Assembly: GCA_963779615.1 (NCBI GenBank)
Contig: CAVZZA010000005.1
Location: 64,001 to 128,000 of the forward strand
DNA length: 64,000 bases
Direction: 5' to 3'
Origin: an uncultured Nitrososphaeraceae archaeon
Lineage (GTDB): Archaea > Thermoproteota > Nitrososphaeria > Nitrososphaerales > Nitrososphaeraceae
In this document: positions 51,246-63,362 of the stretch, one piece after another
Numbering within the stretch: position 1 is the stretch's first letter
Layout of the letters: every line of letters begins with the position of its first letter
The notes under the pieces: generated by a model
Seen by the model: the letters and a program-made list of their open reading frames with translations, nothing else
What the model was told of the DNA's origin: nothing
Database searches by the model: none
Program-made: the position numbers and the translations under genes

Positions 51246-52154
51246 TTGAAATATATACTCGAAATTTTTTTTATTTTTTTAATATTAATTTCTTATTACA
51301 ATTGTAAAGAATTTTTACAAATCAACGGTAAAACAATTCAGGTAGAAAAAGACCTTCCAACAAATAAAAATTTATTCAAAAGTTATAACTTAAATATAAA
51401 TGACACATTTAGTCTTGAAGGAACATTAATTTCAACCATTATTCCTAACATATCAACAATTTATTCTAATATCAATACCGAAGAAAAAAAAATTGATAAC
51501 ATATTGCAGCCAATAAACACCACAAACAACGCAAGCCAGTCTGGAAAAACAATAGAACAAGAATTATCAACCAACATTTACAATACTGTCAACACATCCT
51601 CATTATCACAGCAAATGACTCCAGCCATTACGAATCCTTCTTTATCCAATTTAACGGATATTGAACCAAATGGATCTGATAATATATCAGACAATTTGGT
51701 CTCAGTGCTTTCTGGAATAATAATAGAATCTATTCATAATGGAAATCCAACGATAATTGAGGAGGATTCACCTTTGGATTCAAATGTGAAAGGCAATAAA
51801 GAGATAATTCTATTATCTGGCAAGTGGAAGATGGACGTTCAGGATGGAAATATTACAAACTTTGATTCTAAATTTGTCATGGTTACATCAAATGGTACTG
51901 GCTTTCATTGGCACACAGTAAACAACCTAAAGACAAATGAAAAACTTTTTTTAGGAAAGGATGATAGTGCAGTAATTAACTCTAAATTGGATTTTGTTTC
52001 TGGCAGTAATACAACCAAAGAAACAGCGGATGTTTTATTGTCTATCAATAATTTAGAATTAATTCAATTAACAATATTTGATAAAGAAATTTCCAGTCAT
52101 TTTTTTGGATTTCCAATATATGGTACAATAGATTCAATAAAAATAAAAAACTAG
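51246..52154 (+). CDS. Secreted or membrane-anchored hypothetical protein
   Basis: N-terminal hydrophobic segment, N/S/T-rich linker, beta-rich C-terminus (LSGKW..F.MV..NGT..H.H..PIYG). Confidence 0.7.
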   Translation: MKYILEIFFIFLILISYYNCKEFLQINGKTIQVEKDLPTNKNLFKSYNLNINDTFSLEGTLISTIIPNISTIYSNINTEEKKIDNILQPINTTNNASQSGKTIEQELSTNIYNTVNTSSLSQQMTPAITNPSLSNLTDIEPNGSDNISDNLVSVLSGIIIESIHNGNPTIIEEDSPLDSNVKGNKEIILLSGKWKMDVQDGNITNFDSKFVMVTSNGTGFHWHTVNNLKTNEKLFLGKDDSAVINSKLDFVSGSNTTKETADVLLSINNLELIQLTIFDKEISSHFFGFPIYGTIDSIKIKN

Positions 52155-53890
52155 ATCAATTTTTTAAATTTTTTCTTTTTGATCTGTTTCAGGATTGGTA
52201 GTGTAATAGCTCCCTCAGATGCCGAGTGAACTAGAGTTGCGTATTTAGATAATGCACCAATTTCATATCTGATATCGATAGTTTTTAATTTTTTTATCCT
52301 TTTTGAAAATTCTTTATCTGATATTTTGAGGTCCACGGTGCCCTTTACTAAATCAATTTTTATCTCATCTCCGTTTTTTATTAAGGAAATAGGCCCTCCA
52401 GCCATTGCTTCTGGCGATACATGACCTATCATCAATCCCCTTGTTGCTCCAGAAAACCTGCCATCAGTCAGCATAGCAACTTTTTCTCCTAATCCTTGAC
52501 CAACTATAGCTGCAGTTACAGCCAACATTTCTCTCATGCCAGGACCCCCTTTTGGACCCTCATACCTAATTACAACAACATCGCCTTCTATAATTTCTCC
52601 CTTAGCAATTGCTTCGAATGCGGATTCTTCAGAATTGTAAACTTTAGAAACCCCTACAAACTTGTCATAATTCAACCCTGCAGTCTTTATTACAGCCCCT
52701 TCTGGTGCCAAATTGCCGAATAATATCTTTAGTGTTCCCTCATCATGAATTGGATTTTCCACAGTTTTCAGGATTTTTTTATAATCACTCTCATGGTTTT
52801 GAAAATATGTTTTAGATTTTGCGAAATTGTAAGATTCAAGGTTTTCTTTTAACGACTTTCCAGTTACCGTCAATACATTACCATTAATTAGCCCCTTTTC
52901 AAAAAGAGACTTTAAAATAACAGGAATGCCTCCTATGTTATCAAGGTCAAGCATTACATAATTGCCTCCAGGCCTCATATTGGCTATATGGGGAGTCTTT
53001 TTCCTAATAATCTCGAAATCCTTGATATGCAATTTAACTCCTGCTTCTCGTGACAAAGCTAACAAATGCAAAATAGCATTAGTTGACCCACCTATAGCAT
53101 TAGCCATAATAATTGCATTTTCAAATGCCTCGTAGGTCAAAATATCACGTGGTTTTATATCGTTATCAATAAGATGATCTATTGATTTACCAGTATCATA
53201 ACAGATCTTATGTCTCATTTCGCTTTCTGCTGTTGGGGTTGCACTCCCTGGCAAAGACATCCCTATCGCTTCGCTAATTGATGCCATAGTATTGGCAGTA
53301 TACATACCGGCGCATGACCCGGCTGATGGACATGCAACATTTTCAAGACTTGTCAACTGTTCAAGTGTCATATTTCCAGCATCATAGGTTCCCACAGCTT
53401 CATATACATCTTGTACCGTTACAGGGTTGCCGTTTAAATTACCTGGTAGTATAGTACCACCATATACAAAAATTGAGGGAAGATTTAGCCTGGCCATAGC
53501 CATCAATGTTCCAGGTAAACTCTTATCACATCCAGAAATACCCACAATAGCGTCATATTGGTGGGCACGAATCATAATTTCTATAGAATCTGCAATTATT
53601 TCCCTACTTACAAGGGAAGCCTTCATTCCTTCGTGACCCATAGCAATACCATCTGAAACTGCAATAGTGGTAAACTCTCTTGGCGTATTACCGGAATCCT
53701 TAACACCATCCTTTGCTTTTTGAGCTAACTTGCCTAAATGGATGTTGCAAGGGGTGGCTTCATTACAAGTACTAGAAACACCTACCAAAGGTCTGCTTAA
53801 ATCTACATCATTAAGACCCATCGCTTTATACATGGCTCGATGAGGGGCCCTTGACGGTCCTTCTACTGTTTTTCTACTTGGTAAAACCAT
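52151..53890 (-). CDS. ilvD: Dihydroxy-acid dehydratase
   Basis: PCNIHL, SDGIAMGHEGM, GCDKSLPG, CAGMYTANTM, GPKGGPGMREML, TDGRFSG. Confidence 0.98.
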   Translation of the reverse strand: MVLPSRKTVEGPSRAPHRAMYKAMGLNDVDLSRPLVGVSSTCNEATPCNIHLGKLAQKAKDGVKDSGNTPREFTTIAVSDGIAMGHEGMKASLVSREIIADSIEIMIRAHQYDAIVGISGCDKSLPGTLMAMARLNLPSIFVYGGTILPGNLNGNPVTVQDVYEAVGTYDAGNMTLEQLTSLENVACPSAGSCAGMYTANTMASISEAIGMSLPGSATPTAESEMRHKICYDTGKSIDHLIDNDIKPRDILTYEAFENAIIMANAIGGSTNAILHLLALSREAGVKLHIKDFEIIRKKTPHIANMRPGGNYVMLDLDNIGGIPVILKSLFEKGLINGNVLTVTGKSLKENLESYNFAKSKTYFQNHESDYKKILKTVENPIHDEGTLKILFGNLAPEGAVIKTAGLNYDKFVGVSKVYNSEESAFEAIAKGEIIEGDVVVIRYEGPKGGPGMREMLAVTAAIVGQGLGEKVAMLTDGRFSGATRGLMIGHVSPEAMAGGPISLIKNGDEIKIDLVKGTVDLKISDKEFSKRIKKLKTIDIRYEIGALSKYATLVHSASEGAITLPILKQIKKKKFKKLI

Positions 53891-53938
53891 TATACATATA
53901 AAATAAAATTATAAAATAAAAACGTATTCTATATAATT

Positions 53939-54124
53939 CTATTCAAGATTTGCCATTATTTTTATCGAATCCAATCCCTCAAATTTAAAAATAGTTTCAC
54001 ACATACCACATTCAATACTATTATTATGAAGTTCATTTGATTGCAGTTCATTCAGGTATTCACACTTTGGACAAGGAAAAGAAAAATTCAAAGTGAAATC
54101 TTCTATTTCTATCGCTTCACCCAT
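53939..54124 (-). CDS. Small zinc-ribbon protein
   Basis: 61 aa with CPKC and CGMC. Confidence 0.65.
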   Translation of the reverse strand: MGEAIEIEDFTLNFSFPCPKCEYLNELQSNELHNNSIECGMCETIFKFEGLDSIKIMANLE

Positions 54125-54244
54125 ACACTGTAAAAAATTTTCGAGGTATTTAAAATGAACTATAATAAATAAAAAAAATATGACAAAACATATTAATCAT
54201 TTGAAATAGTAAATTAAATATTTCTTTTAACTAATATTTCATCG

Positions 54245-54676
54245 ATGCATATGTCCGATAATAAATGTATTTTTTGTAAAATAATTGATAAAAGCATTCC
54301 TAATGCAATTGTTTATGAGGATGATAAATTTTTAGTATTCCTGGACAAGTACCCTATTAATTATGGACACACTTTAGTAATTCCAAAAGATCATTTTAAC
54401 AATATTTTAGAAATGCCTATAAGTTTTGTTGGGGAGCTATATTCATTAGTTCCACAAATAGCAAGGGCGGTTATAACTACTATAGAGGGAAATGGGTTCA
54501 ATATTAGTCAAAATAACGGTAAATCTGCAAATCAAATTATACCTCATGTTCATGTTCATATAGTGCCACGGTTTTCTTTCGAAAAAATAAAAGGTCAATG
54601 GCCGATGAGAAAGATAGCAAATATGGATGAGCTTAAAGTACTAGCTGAGAAAATAAAATCGAATATTGTCATGTAA
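54245..54676 (+). CDS. HIT family protein
   Basis: CIFCKI, GHTLVIPK, HVHVHIVPR. Confidence 0.95.
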   Translation: MHMSDNKCIFCKIIDKSIPNAIVYEDDKFLVFLDKYPINYGHTLVIPKDHFNNILEMPISFVGELYSLVPQIARAVITTIEGNGFNISQNNGKSANQIIPHVHVHIVPRFSFEKIKGQWPMRKIANMDELKVLAEKIKSNIVM

Positions 54677-55580
54677 ACAATCCCACAATAAAATGAACGC
54701 AAAAAACAAAAAGATAACTATTGGAATACCAACCTATAACGAAGAAAGAAATATTGTTAGTTTTTTTGAATCCTTAAAAAAACAAAACATTGAATCAAAC
54801 ACTATTGACAAAATATTATTTATTGATGATTCAGATGACAATACTCCAGCATTAATCAATAAATTAAAAATAGAAAATCCAAGTTTAAAGATTGAACTAA
54901 TTCACAACAATAAAAGAATGGGCGCTACTAATGCATGGAATACAATTTTCAAGGAATCAAGTGGAGAAGTTATAGTTTTATTAGATGCAGATATTGAACT
55001 AGAAAGAAACTGTATTTTTAATTTAACAAATAAAATAAATGAAAACACAGGCCTTTGTGCGTCTAATACACAACCCATCATCCAAAACAGTAACAAGTTT
55101 TCAAAAGCATCTGCTTTTATTGCATTCTGGTTAAGATCCGTAAGGCAGCATGGAGTATCACAATATACGACGATGGGAAGGGCATTGGCATTATACTCTC
55201 AAGATGTTAAATATTTAGAAATACCAACAAACATAATTGCCATAGACCTATATATTCAATGTAAAATTTTAGAAAAGCAGAAAAATGTGGTTTATAATGA
55301 TGAGGCAGTGATATATTTCAAAACCCCTTCAACTATGCCCGATTTTTTTAGTCAGGTTACAAGGGCTATAATTGGTCATAATCAAATAAAGAAGCTAACA
55401 AAAAAACATTCACTGAATATATCTTTTTTGATACTTTTAAAGGAATTTATTAAAAACTCTTTTCGATATCCAAAATATTCATTGGCGTTGATTTATTGTT
55501 ATTCAATGTTACCCTACACCTATTTCAAGACTAAAAAAAATGTTTCTTATTTATGGCAAACTGCTGAAAGTACCAAATAA
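54666..55580 (+). CDS. Glycosyltransferase family 2
   Basis: IPTYNEE, IDDSDD, LDAD (DxD). Confidence 0.88.
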   Translation: MSCKQSHNKMNAKNKKITIGIPTYNEERNIVSFFESLKKQNIESNTIDKILFIDDSDDNTPALINKLKIENPSLKIELIHNNKRMGATNAWNTIFKESSGEVIVLLDADIELERNCIFNLTNKINENTGLCASNTQPIIQNSNKFSKASAFIAFWLRSVRQHGVSQYTTMGRALALYSQDVKYLEIPTNIIAIDLYIQCKILEKQKNVVYNDEAVIYFKTPSTMPDFFSQVTRAIIGHNQIKKLTKKHSLNISFLILLKEFIKNSFRYPKYSLALIYCYSMLPYTYFKTKKNVSYLWQTAESTK

Positions 55581-56058
55581 TGAAAGATGTTGTATTTTCT
55601 TGTACTTAACGGGATTCATGTGCTGAAGGTAATTTTTTCTTATGGTTTCATATTATCAGATTTTAATGCTCTGGAGATAAGTCCTGGCAACAGAATCAAT
55701 AATTATTAATTATCTGTGTAAGTTTGGTACAATAGACAAAATACATGTTGTTATATTGTTTTTTTTAAACCCCACCAATATCATCATTGAGAGTTTAATC
55801 ATGATAAATTTTTATTTTTCAACTGCAAAAAAACGAACTTAAAACATGACCAAAAAACTGAGAATTTGTTCTTTTATAATTCACAAAATGAAATCATAAA
55901 GACAGTGATTTACCTAAGTAAACATAGTTATTGATCCATATAAAATAATAAGTTATTAGTTTTATCAAAAGAAGTCCACAACCAAGTGAATAAAGTATGG
56001 TTTAATGATAAAATAATTTTTCTACACCCCAACAAAAAAAGTGTTTTTAATGCTTTAT

Positions 56059-56723
56059 GGCTCTGTTCACTTGACGATAAATCTATAGCTTGAAAGCGCC
56101 TTATTCCACTTGTGCTTACCAGAAACAGAACGCCTCCAGAGTATGTGTATTGTGGTCTGTATTAGTGTTTTTCAGGTTTATCACGGAAGAGCATCTCAAC
56201 GATTATCTTATTGCATCAGACGAAACCATGTAACGATTTGAAACTGGATTCAAAACCATCAGCCAAAAAAGGTGTCATCAAAAAGCACAAGGATTTCAGA
56301 ATTCATGGTGGATGAGGCATTGCTTAAAGTTGGAACGGAATTCATATGGTTGTGAGGGGTTGCAATTGAGCAAGAAAACAGGCAAATTCTCGCACTAGCC
56401 ATATCCAAGGAGGGAAACATGTTTGTTGCAGGGAGATTCATTTCAGGTCTAGCCAAAATTCATGGAAAGCATCCTGCATCAACGGATGGTGGCACATGGT
56501 ATCCGCAAGCCTGCAAGTTCCCAAGGCTAAATCATCATCTGCATCCCTCATATGAGAAAAGCCTTATCGAAAGGACGACGCAGTATGAAAAAGACAGAAT
56601 GAAGGATTTGATGGTTACTTTCCCTGTGAGACAATTAACTGTAAACTAAAGCATGTGCGAAATTGGCTGAATCTGTTTGTTGACTATAACAACAAGGAGT
56701 CAAGCCGTTAAGGGAACAGAGTC
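56059..56723 (+). mobile_element. Degraded IS6-family element, 665 bp
   Basis: IRs GGCTCTGTTCACTTGA / TTAAGGGAACAGAGTC; broken transposase (VDEALLKVG, STDGGTWYPQAC) with stops and frameshifts; flanks TGCTTTAT/TATTTTAC (5/8). Confidence 0.85.
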
Positions 56724-56778
56724 TATTTTACACATATTAAACTTTAATAGGTAAATAATTCAAATCAAAATTAATCAG

Positions 56779-57093
56779 ATGAAAGCACTAATTATATATA
56801 TTCCAGAGAATAGATTTAACACTCTTAAACAAATATTATATCAAAATAAGGTTGAAGGTATTTCATATTTTAATATCATGGGTCAAGGGGAGTTAGAAAG
56901 AAAATTTGACGAGAGAATGAAAGCAAGTTATAAAACCCAAGAAAAGTTTGTTCCTGCATTTGCACCCAGATTAAGAATAGAAACAATTGTCCATGAACAA
57001 AAAGTAAAAGAAATTATAGATGCAATTAAATTAAATGGAACATTTTTAGGCAAGATATTCGTATTTGATGTTCCAGAGTCATATGACATCTAA
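56779..57093 (+). CDS. P-II family nitrogen regulator-like protein
   Basis: MK..I..I, GIS....GQG, R.RIETIV..V.EIIDAI..GKIFVFDV. Confidence 0.82.
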   Translation: MKALIIYIPENRFNTLKQILYQNKVEGISYFNIMGQGELERKFDERMKASYKTQEKFVPAFAPRLRIETIVHEQKVKEIIDAIKLNGTFLGKIFVFDVPESYDI

Positions 57094-58187
57094 AACTATA
57101 TTCAAATACAAGGCAGCATCCGCTTATCTAAAGAAAAGAGCATTATAATTCACACCGAGGTCCTTTTCATAATGCTTTGAAATTAATAAAATTTTATATT
57201 TACTTATAATGACTAATTATTCCAACATGCTAATTGGTGTTAACTCGGTTATTCCACTTATCATTAGGTTATTCTACACAATAGACAAAATCAAATGGAA
57301 TGTAATGAGCTAAACGATAATAAATCAGAATAAAAGTTGGTTTATCTTCTTTATTTTGATTCATAATCTTTTTACCCCTATTGCCATCACCATAAATCCA
57401 CAAAGTCACATACAAAAAGAAATACCTAATTCATGTATGCACATATAGAGAAAATAATTATAATCGTCAAGACCAATCTGACACAAAGCATAGATAACAT
57501 AAACCGGTCATTACATTAAGCTAGGAAATGCATTTTTTTATTGCAATTATAAAGTAAACCTGCATCTTTTTAAAGAAAAAGAGTATATAAATAGTAAACC
57601 ACAAATGTCTATTTTTACAACTCAACTTAACCATTACTGCACATAAGATCATTAATCTTCAAGCCGGGTATCAAAATGAACTTGTAATTGATACAAGGTC
57701 CCCCCTTTTGATAATAATAGTTGTTTAATGGACAAGTTAGGGCATAGAAACAAAAAATGAACCCATTTAATCTATGTATTATTTAACTGTCATTTGCCAA
57801 CAAGACAGTTATCATATTACCAAGTTTTTAGATTACAATGGCACTGGCAGCTCAACCAACGTACATGTGTCTATTCATAACAAAATCTAGAATTACCTAC
57901 CCATTAGCAAAAAATTTTCAAATGCAGATATTGCAGACTTGAAATTATATGAATTATTATCTTCAAGAGTATATCATTTTATTAGGATAACAGTGATTTA
58001 TTCCTCTTGATGATAACTAATGGGCAATGGTAGAGTTTGTAGAAAATCATTTACATAACCTGATTTTTAAAATAACGTATCGCTATTCATATTAAGCAGG
58101 TTATTTAATACAAATACAAGGAAGAATTCTGTTTATAACTAGAATTTACATTACAATCAAGAATGATGTTAAAAGGATAATAAGATA

Positions 58188-58811
58188 ATGATTAGTGGTA
58201 AGGACAAAGACAGCACACAAGACGAAAAAAAAATTGAAGAAGAAGTATCAATCACACCTATACAGATTTTTATCTTGATGTATCTTTATTCTGAAGAAAT
58301 AAAAGAAATACAAAAAAGAGACACCCTTAGGCATATTCAACACTCTGATAAATCTCATTTTTCAGAATATACACACAATGTATCCATGTCTCTTAGAGAG
58401 ATTTCACTACTTATACCCTCATCGATATTACCGGATATGAGATTAAATGAAGAGCATATTCACACTCAATTGAAAATATTGGAATACAACCGGCTTTTAG
58501 GTGTTTTTTTCGAGAAATTTCAGGAGAAAGAAAATTCAGTATTTTTTATCACCATAGATGGAATCATACTAGTAAAACAAATATTCTCTACTCTTTCGGA
58601 TAAAATACAGGATAAAAAGGTTTTTGAAGAGGATATAGATAAAGTAGAAGGGAATAAAAACGCAAAGGATTGGTTAAAAGGCTTATCTTCAGAGCTTAAA
58701 CGCAAGGCAAAGGATGAAATAGCAGATATTGTGATTAACGGGGTAAAAATACATGGGCCATCACTAATAGTATTATTAATAAATGTACTTTCCCCACCTG
58801 CTAAGGAATGA
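58188..58811 (+). CDS. Hypothetical protein, possibly winged-helix
   Basis: 207-aa ATG ORF; L..LE...LL....FFITIDG pattern. Confidence 0.55.
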   Translation: MISGKDKDSTQDEKKIEEEVSITPIQIFILMYLYSEEIKEIQKRDTLRHIQHSDKSHFSEYTHNVSMSLREISLLIPSSILPDMRLNEEHIHTQLKILEYNRLLGVFFEKFQEKENSVFFITIDGIILVKQIFSTLSDKIQDKKVFEEDIDKVEGNKNAKDWLKGLSSELKRKAKDEIADIVINGVKIHGPSLIVLLINVLSPPAKE

Positions 58812-59071
58812 CCATTTATTAATTATTGCTGCTCGATATAAATAAGTAAATAGACTAAAAGCACAAAAAAGATATCATTTGTAGCTCCTTTTGTAAACAA
58901 ATATTTTTTTTAAAAAAAATACTAATTAGTTTAATTATTTCGTATTTTTGATCCAGATTTAGATTTATTCAAATTCAAGGAGATAAACCTGTTCAAATAA
59001 TATTTGCTTCATTCAGCAATGAAAAAATAAATAACCTAATACATATGTTAGACAAGTAACAGTAAAATATA

Positions 59072-59713
59072 TTGAAGCAGCTGAAAGATCGCGAAGAAGC
59101 AGGCTGTATGCTTGTTGAAAAACTAAAAAAAGAAAATGGCATTAAAGGTGAAAAAAACGATTTCCTTGTTTTAAGCATCCCAAGGGGAGGAATAATTGTA
59201 GGTAAAATAATATCAAGAGAACTAGGATATAATTTTGGTTTAATAATACCGAGAAAATTAACCGTTCCTAACAATCACGAGTTGGCCTTTGGAGCCATAA
59301 TAGATAAAGACAACTTTGTTTTAAACAAAGAAATTATAAATAGATTAAATATTTCAGAAAAAGAAATTGAAATTGAAAAGGAGAGTCAGATAAAAGAAAT
59401 TGAAACCAGGAGAAAAAAATACAATTTTTTAGAAAGAAAATATCAGGACAAGGTTATATTTTTAGTAGATGATGGCGTTGCTACTGGATACACAATTTTA
59501 ATTTCTTTAAAAAAAATTAATCAAGAAAAACCAAAAGAAATAATTTTATGCACCCCTGTGATTCCAAACTCAAGTTATGATTTTTTAAAAAAATACTGTA
59601 GTAAAATAGTTTATTTGATCAAGGAACCTGATTTTTTATTTAGCAGCGTTGGACAATTTTATAAGGATTTTAAACAAATAGAAGATGAAGAGATAGAAAA
59701 AATATTGTGTTAA
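59072..59713 (+). CDS. Phosphoribosyltransferase family protein
   Basis: DREEAG, IPRGG, RKL..P...ELAFGAI, LVDDGVATG, VGQFYKDF. Confidence 0.92.
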   Translation: MKQLKDREEAGCMLVEKLKKENGIKGEKNDFLVLSIPRGGIIVGKIISRELGYNFGLIIPRKLTVPNNHELAFGAIIDKDNFVLNKEIINRLNISEKEIEIEKESQIKEIETRRKKYNFLERKYQDKVIFLVDDGVATGYTILISLKKINQEKPKEIILCTPVIPNSSYDFLKKYCSKIVYLIKEPDFLFSSVGQFYKDFKQIEDEEIEKILC

Positions 59714-59851
59714 TATAATGACTAAAATTATTTAAATGCATATACCTACCAAAAAAAATATTATTTGATAATATTAAAAATAGATGATAGATCCCTTGAA
59801 TAATTAGAAACAGTATGCCCCATCAGTACGACAATGACTGATGATGCCGAT

Positions 59852-60520
59852 CTAAAAAGGCGACAATGCTCTGTAGTTTACCAGTCCTGATACTATTTCA
59901 GACACCTTGTCGTAATTTCTCAACCTGTTTCTGAAGCCATTGCTCATTATCCTGTACTTTTTCATCCTGCAAACGGTGTGTTCCATCACAATCCTTTTTT
60001 TAAAGTGATTCTGGTTGCACTCTTTTTCCTCTTGAGTCAACTCTTTTTGGCTTGTCTTCTTTCTGTTCGGTGTGGATGGCTTTTGGTCAGGAAAGTCTTT
60101 CCCAACCCCAAGGTATCCAAGGTCAAACACATTTATCGCTTCTTTTGGAGTTATGGGATGATTCTTCTTATAGATGTCATAGTCATGCCGATGTCCTTTT
60201 TTGTGTTTTGCTTTATGGATAATGACACCCGGTTGTTAACCATGAGATGTGTCTTTACGGTAGGCCTTTTCCTCTTGCCTGACTAGTCATCTTTCTTCTT
60301 GTTTTGTTCTTTAGGCCTTGGTATCTGCTGTTTTGCGCAGTCTGTGAAGGACAGAAAGCCTGGGAAATGCCTTTCAGCCTCTTCTGGTGTGCGCTGCCTT
60401 TTTGACAATCTGTGCATCTTTTGCGGAATTGTTACGCACCTTCTTATCAACAACTCAATTTTTTGGATATCCCTGCGGACGCTACTCTGGTCCTAGTCAA
60501 ACAAAAGCCGGCCAACGTGT
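59852..60520 (-). pseudogene. Truncated DDE_Tnp_4-type (IS5/ISL2-like) transposase remnant
   Basis: FTDC..QQIPRP, GHRHDYDIYK, DLGYLG, N..H.KKRIVMEH..RMKKYRIM; stops and frameshifts; 5' end missing. Confidence 0.8.
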
Positions 60521-60539
60521 GGGTTGTGTAAAGACGGCA

Positions 60540-61553
60540 ACAGTAGACCAAAAGCAAATTGGTTAATTTGTACAAAAAAGGAAACAGACTCAAAGGCTAA
60601 GGGAAGAATGCTATTAGTTGTTATAGCAAGGGAAGATGGACCTGTTCCATTTCGTGTTGTTAAGGGGATGAAAATAAGCAACCCTTGGGCTTCAGACTGG
60701 CTAAAAAGATACGATAAGAAGGTGTTGATGGACTGAAGGACAGGACAAGAAGCGGCAAAAACCTGAGATTTCACAAGAAATATCCTGTTAAATGAGAAAA
60801 GAACTATCTAATTCCAAACAGGGTTAGACAACACAACAGGTGGATGAGCTGATTGTGGAGAAAAGCGGCATAAATTTCATTATAACCCACATATGCCGCA
60901 TACTTCGCAAGTGGGGTTTTAAACAGAAGATGCCAAGAAAGGCGCATTTTGATACTGCATCCAAAGATGAGAAGCATGCTTTCAAAAAAAGGCCAAAGAG
61001 ATGCTTGTGGATAAGCAGCATCAAAAAGGAGGCTTCTTTACCCTAGTGTCCCTGGATGAATCCTTCTTCTTCTGCGATTCCCTGGTAATGAGGGTTTGGA
61101 TTGATGACAAGAAAAGACCTTTAGTGAGGGTAACAGGCTCTCATATATCCAAATATGCATCTTCAGAGCATTGAGTCTGGAAGGAAAGCAGCTGTTCAGA
61201 AAGTACGATAGGTTCAATGGAGATACGTTTCTGGAGTTCCTAAAGACAATTCATTCCAGGTTTCCAAAAAGCCATCTGTTTATGGACAAGGCGTCACCAC
61301 ACAGGTCAAGGAAGGTTAGGGGGTATTTTGACAGGCATAAAAACAGCCTGATTCCAGTATACCTTCCAACTGCATCACCAGAGTTTATGGTGATGAAAGG
61401 GTACGGAATATAGCCAAAAATGATTTGCTAGTGTTATCATACTATCCATCATGTGCAGATTTCAAAAACAAAATATCTCAGTATTTCAAAACAAAAAGAT
61501 TCAATCTGAATATGAGAAAATATCTTCTTAGGAGTGCATTTTAGGAAAGTTAT
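60540..61553 (+). pseudogene. Degraded IS630-family transposase
   Basis: RMLLV, WASDWLKRY, LRKWGFKQKMPRK, SLDESFFF, FMDKASPHRS, YLPTASPEF. Confidence 0.82.
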
Positions 61554-61555
61554 GC

Positions 61556-62283
61556 TAATTGGTATATACATTCTAAGAACAGGATGCCAATGGAAGATGT
61601 TACCTTCTGGATATGGATCTGGGTTCAGCATGTCATAGGCGATTTCAGCAATGAATTAAACTTGACATTTTCAGGAAAATATGAATAAGGCTGCTCAAAA
61701 TATATGATATCTGGTTGATATCAAGTGGACCTGGCAATCACTTGACAGCATATCGATAAAGTCGCCCTTAGGGGGGGGCAATGACAGGAAATAATCCCGC
61801 ACATATATGCAAGCTTGGCACAAAACGACATATTTTAACGGATAAGGAAGGTATCCCACTCTCAGTTGTCATATCAGCTGCAAATACACATGATGTTAAA
61901 TTAGTAACAGGTGTGGTGGATAATGCAGTTGCTGACTTATTTCATCCCTTAAAACAAAGGAAGGAAGAAAAAGAAAACAACATCTATGCCTTGCTAAAGC
62001 ATATAGTTCAAACCTAGATGAACGAACAATCACAAAACGAGGATATGTACCACATTTACCATACAGGAGAAAAAGAGGCGAGGTCAAGAAAGATATAGAA
62101 ATGATCGAAAATCACAAAAAACACCCTGCCAGAAGATGGGTCGTGGAAATAACCAACTCATGGCACAGCAGGTTCAGGAAACTGTTCACTCGATATGAAA
62201 AGAAAGCAGAGAATTGTCTTGGTTTGGTGCAGCTTTCATGCAGCATCATTATTTATAGAAAGATAATTTTGGGATAGGCTCTA
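61556..62283 (+). pseudogene. Degraded IS5-family (IS427/IS1031-like) transposase with right end
   Basis: YILRTGCQWKMLP, GTKRHILTDKEGIPL..AANTHD, RWVVE..SW..RFRKL.TRYEK; ends TTTTGGGATAGGCTCTA. Confidence 0.85.
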
Positions 62284-62988
62284 AATTGTCAATCATGTAT
62301 GTCCAAATCGATGATTACTATTTTCTTTTTTTTATTTATTAAATTAGTCTTAATAATATTCACTATTTTATCAGTTCATCTTTTTAGCGAAAATTAAATA
62401 ATCAAAATTATGATAAGTTTAGGATATAACAATATAATTTCCAGTCTGTTATCAACAGGGTTACTTGTTAACGGTTAGCACAACCTTTTTTTGGATTCTG
62501 TATTGGTTGCTTGCTTTCTATCTCTATTTCTCTACACAGGTAAAGAAGATATACTCTAATCTTATATCTATTTATATAGAAAACTCTACCACCCTATAAT
62601 CGTAGATATATATCACATTATCTATGGTGTAAAAGTTCAGCTCAGGAAGCTGTTTTGATAAGAAGGGAAATATTACTTAATCTTTAGAAGAGGTGATTAA
62701 TCAATGAATTAGGAGCAGGAGGAATTAAAGAGGAAAGACAGAAAATTAAGCCTTAGATATTTCTCCACCGTATTGTATTAAGAGGTCTGTAGTTCATATA
62801 TTAAATTATACTGTGTTGTACTATAGATCTCGTGATTTTAACAAAAACTTTTCTTTTACAATATTGTTGTACATAAACTTTTAAACATATATTACCAATC
62901 GGTTATTATGGACTGGTAGTTCATTAATTCTAATCGTTCCTAACATTATACTGAAACACTTTCAAATGCTTTTAGTTATATGAATTAT

Positions 62989-63270
62989 GTCAGATGATGG
63001 TCAGATGATGGTCAGATGATGGTCAGATGATGGTCAGATGATGGTCAGATGATGGTCAGATGATGGTCAGATGATGGTCAGATGATGGTCAGATGATGGT
63101 CAGATGATGGTCAGATGATGGTCAGATGATGGTCAGATGATGGTCAGATGATGGTCAGATGATGGTCAGATGATGGTCAGATGATGGTCAGATGATGGTC
63201 AGATGGTCAGATGATGGTCAGATGATGGTCAGATGATGGTCAGATGATGGTCAGATGATGGTCAGATGAT
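62989..63270. repeat. Tandem array of about 26 x 11 bp (GTCAGATGATG)
   Basis: 19 perfect units, one 8-bp unit (63198-63205), 5 perfect units and a 10-bp final unit. Confidence 0.97.
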
Positions 63271-63362
63271 TAAAACATATTATAAGCGCAATCAAACCAT
63301 AATATACAACCTATATTTTCCTTCTATCTTATATATTTTGGTAGTAGGTATTAAAATAAATA

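Noticed and set aside
57100-58180. About 1-kb ORF-free region
   Set aside because: No repeat, RNA structure or recognisable gene remnant found by eye.
62989-63270. CRISPR array interpretation of the 11-bp repeats
   Set aside because: Units are contiguous, too short and have no unique spacers; no cas genes are visible in the window.
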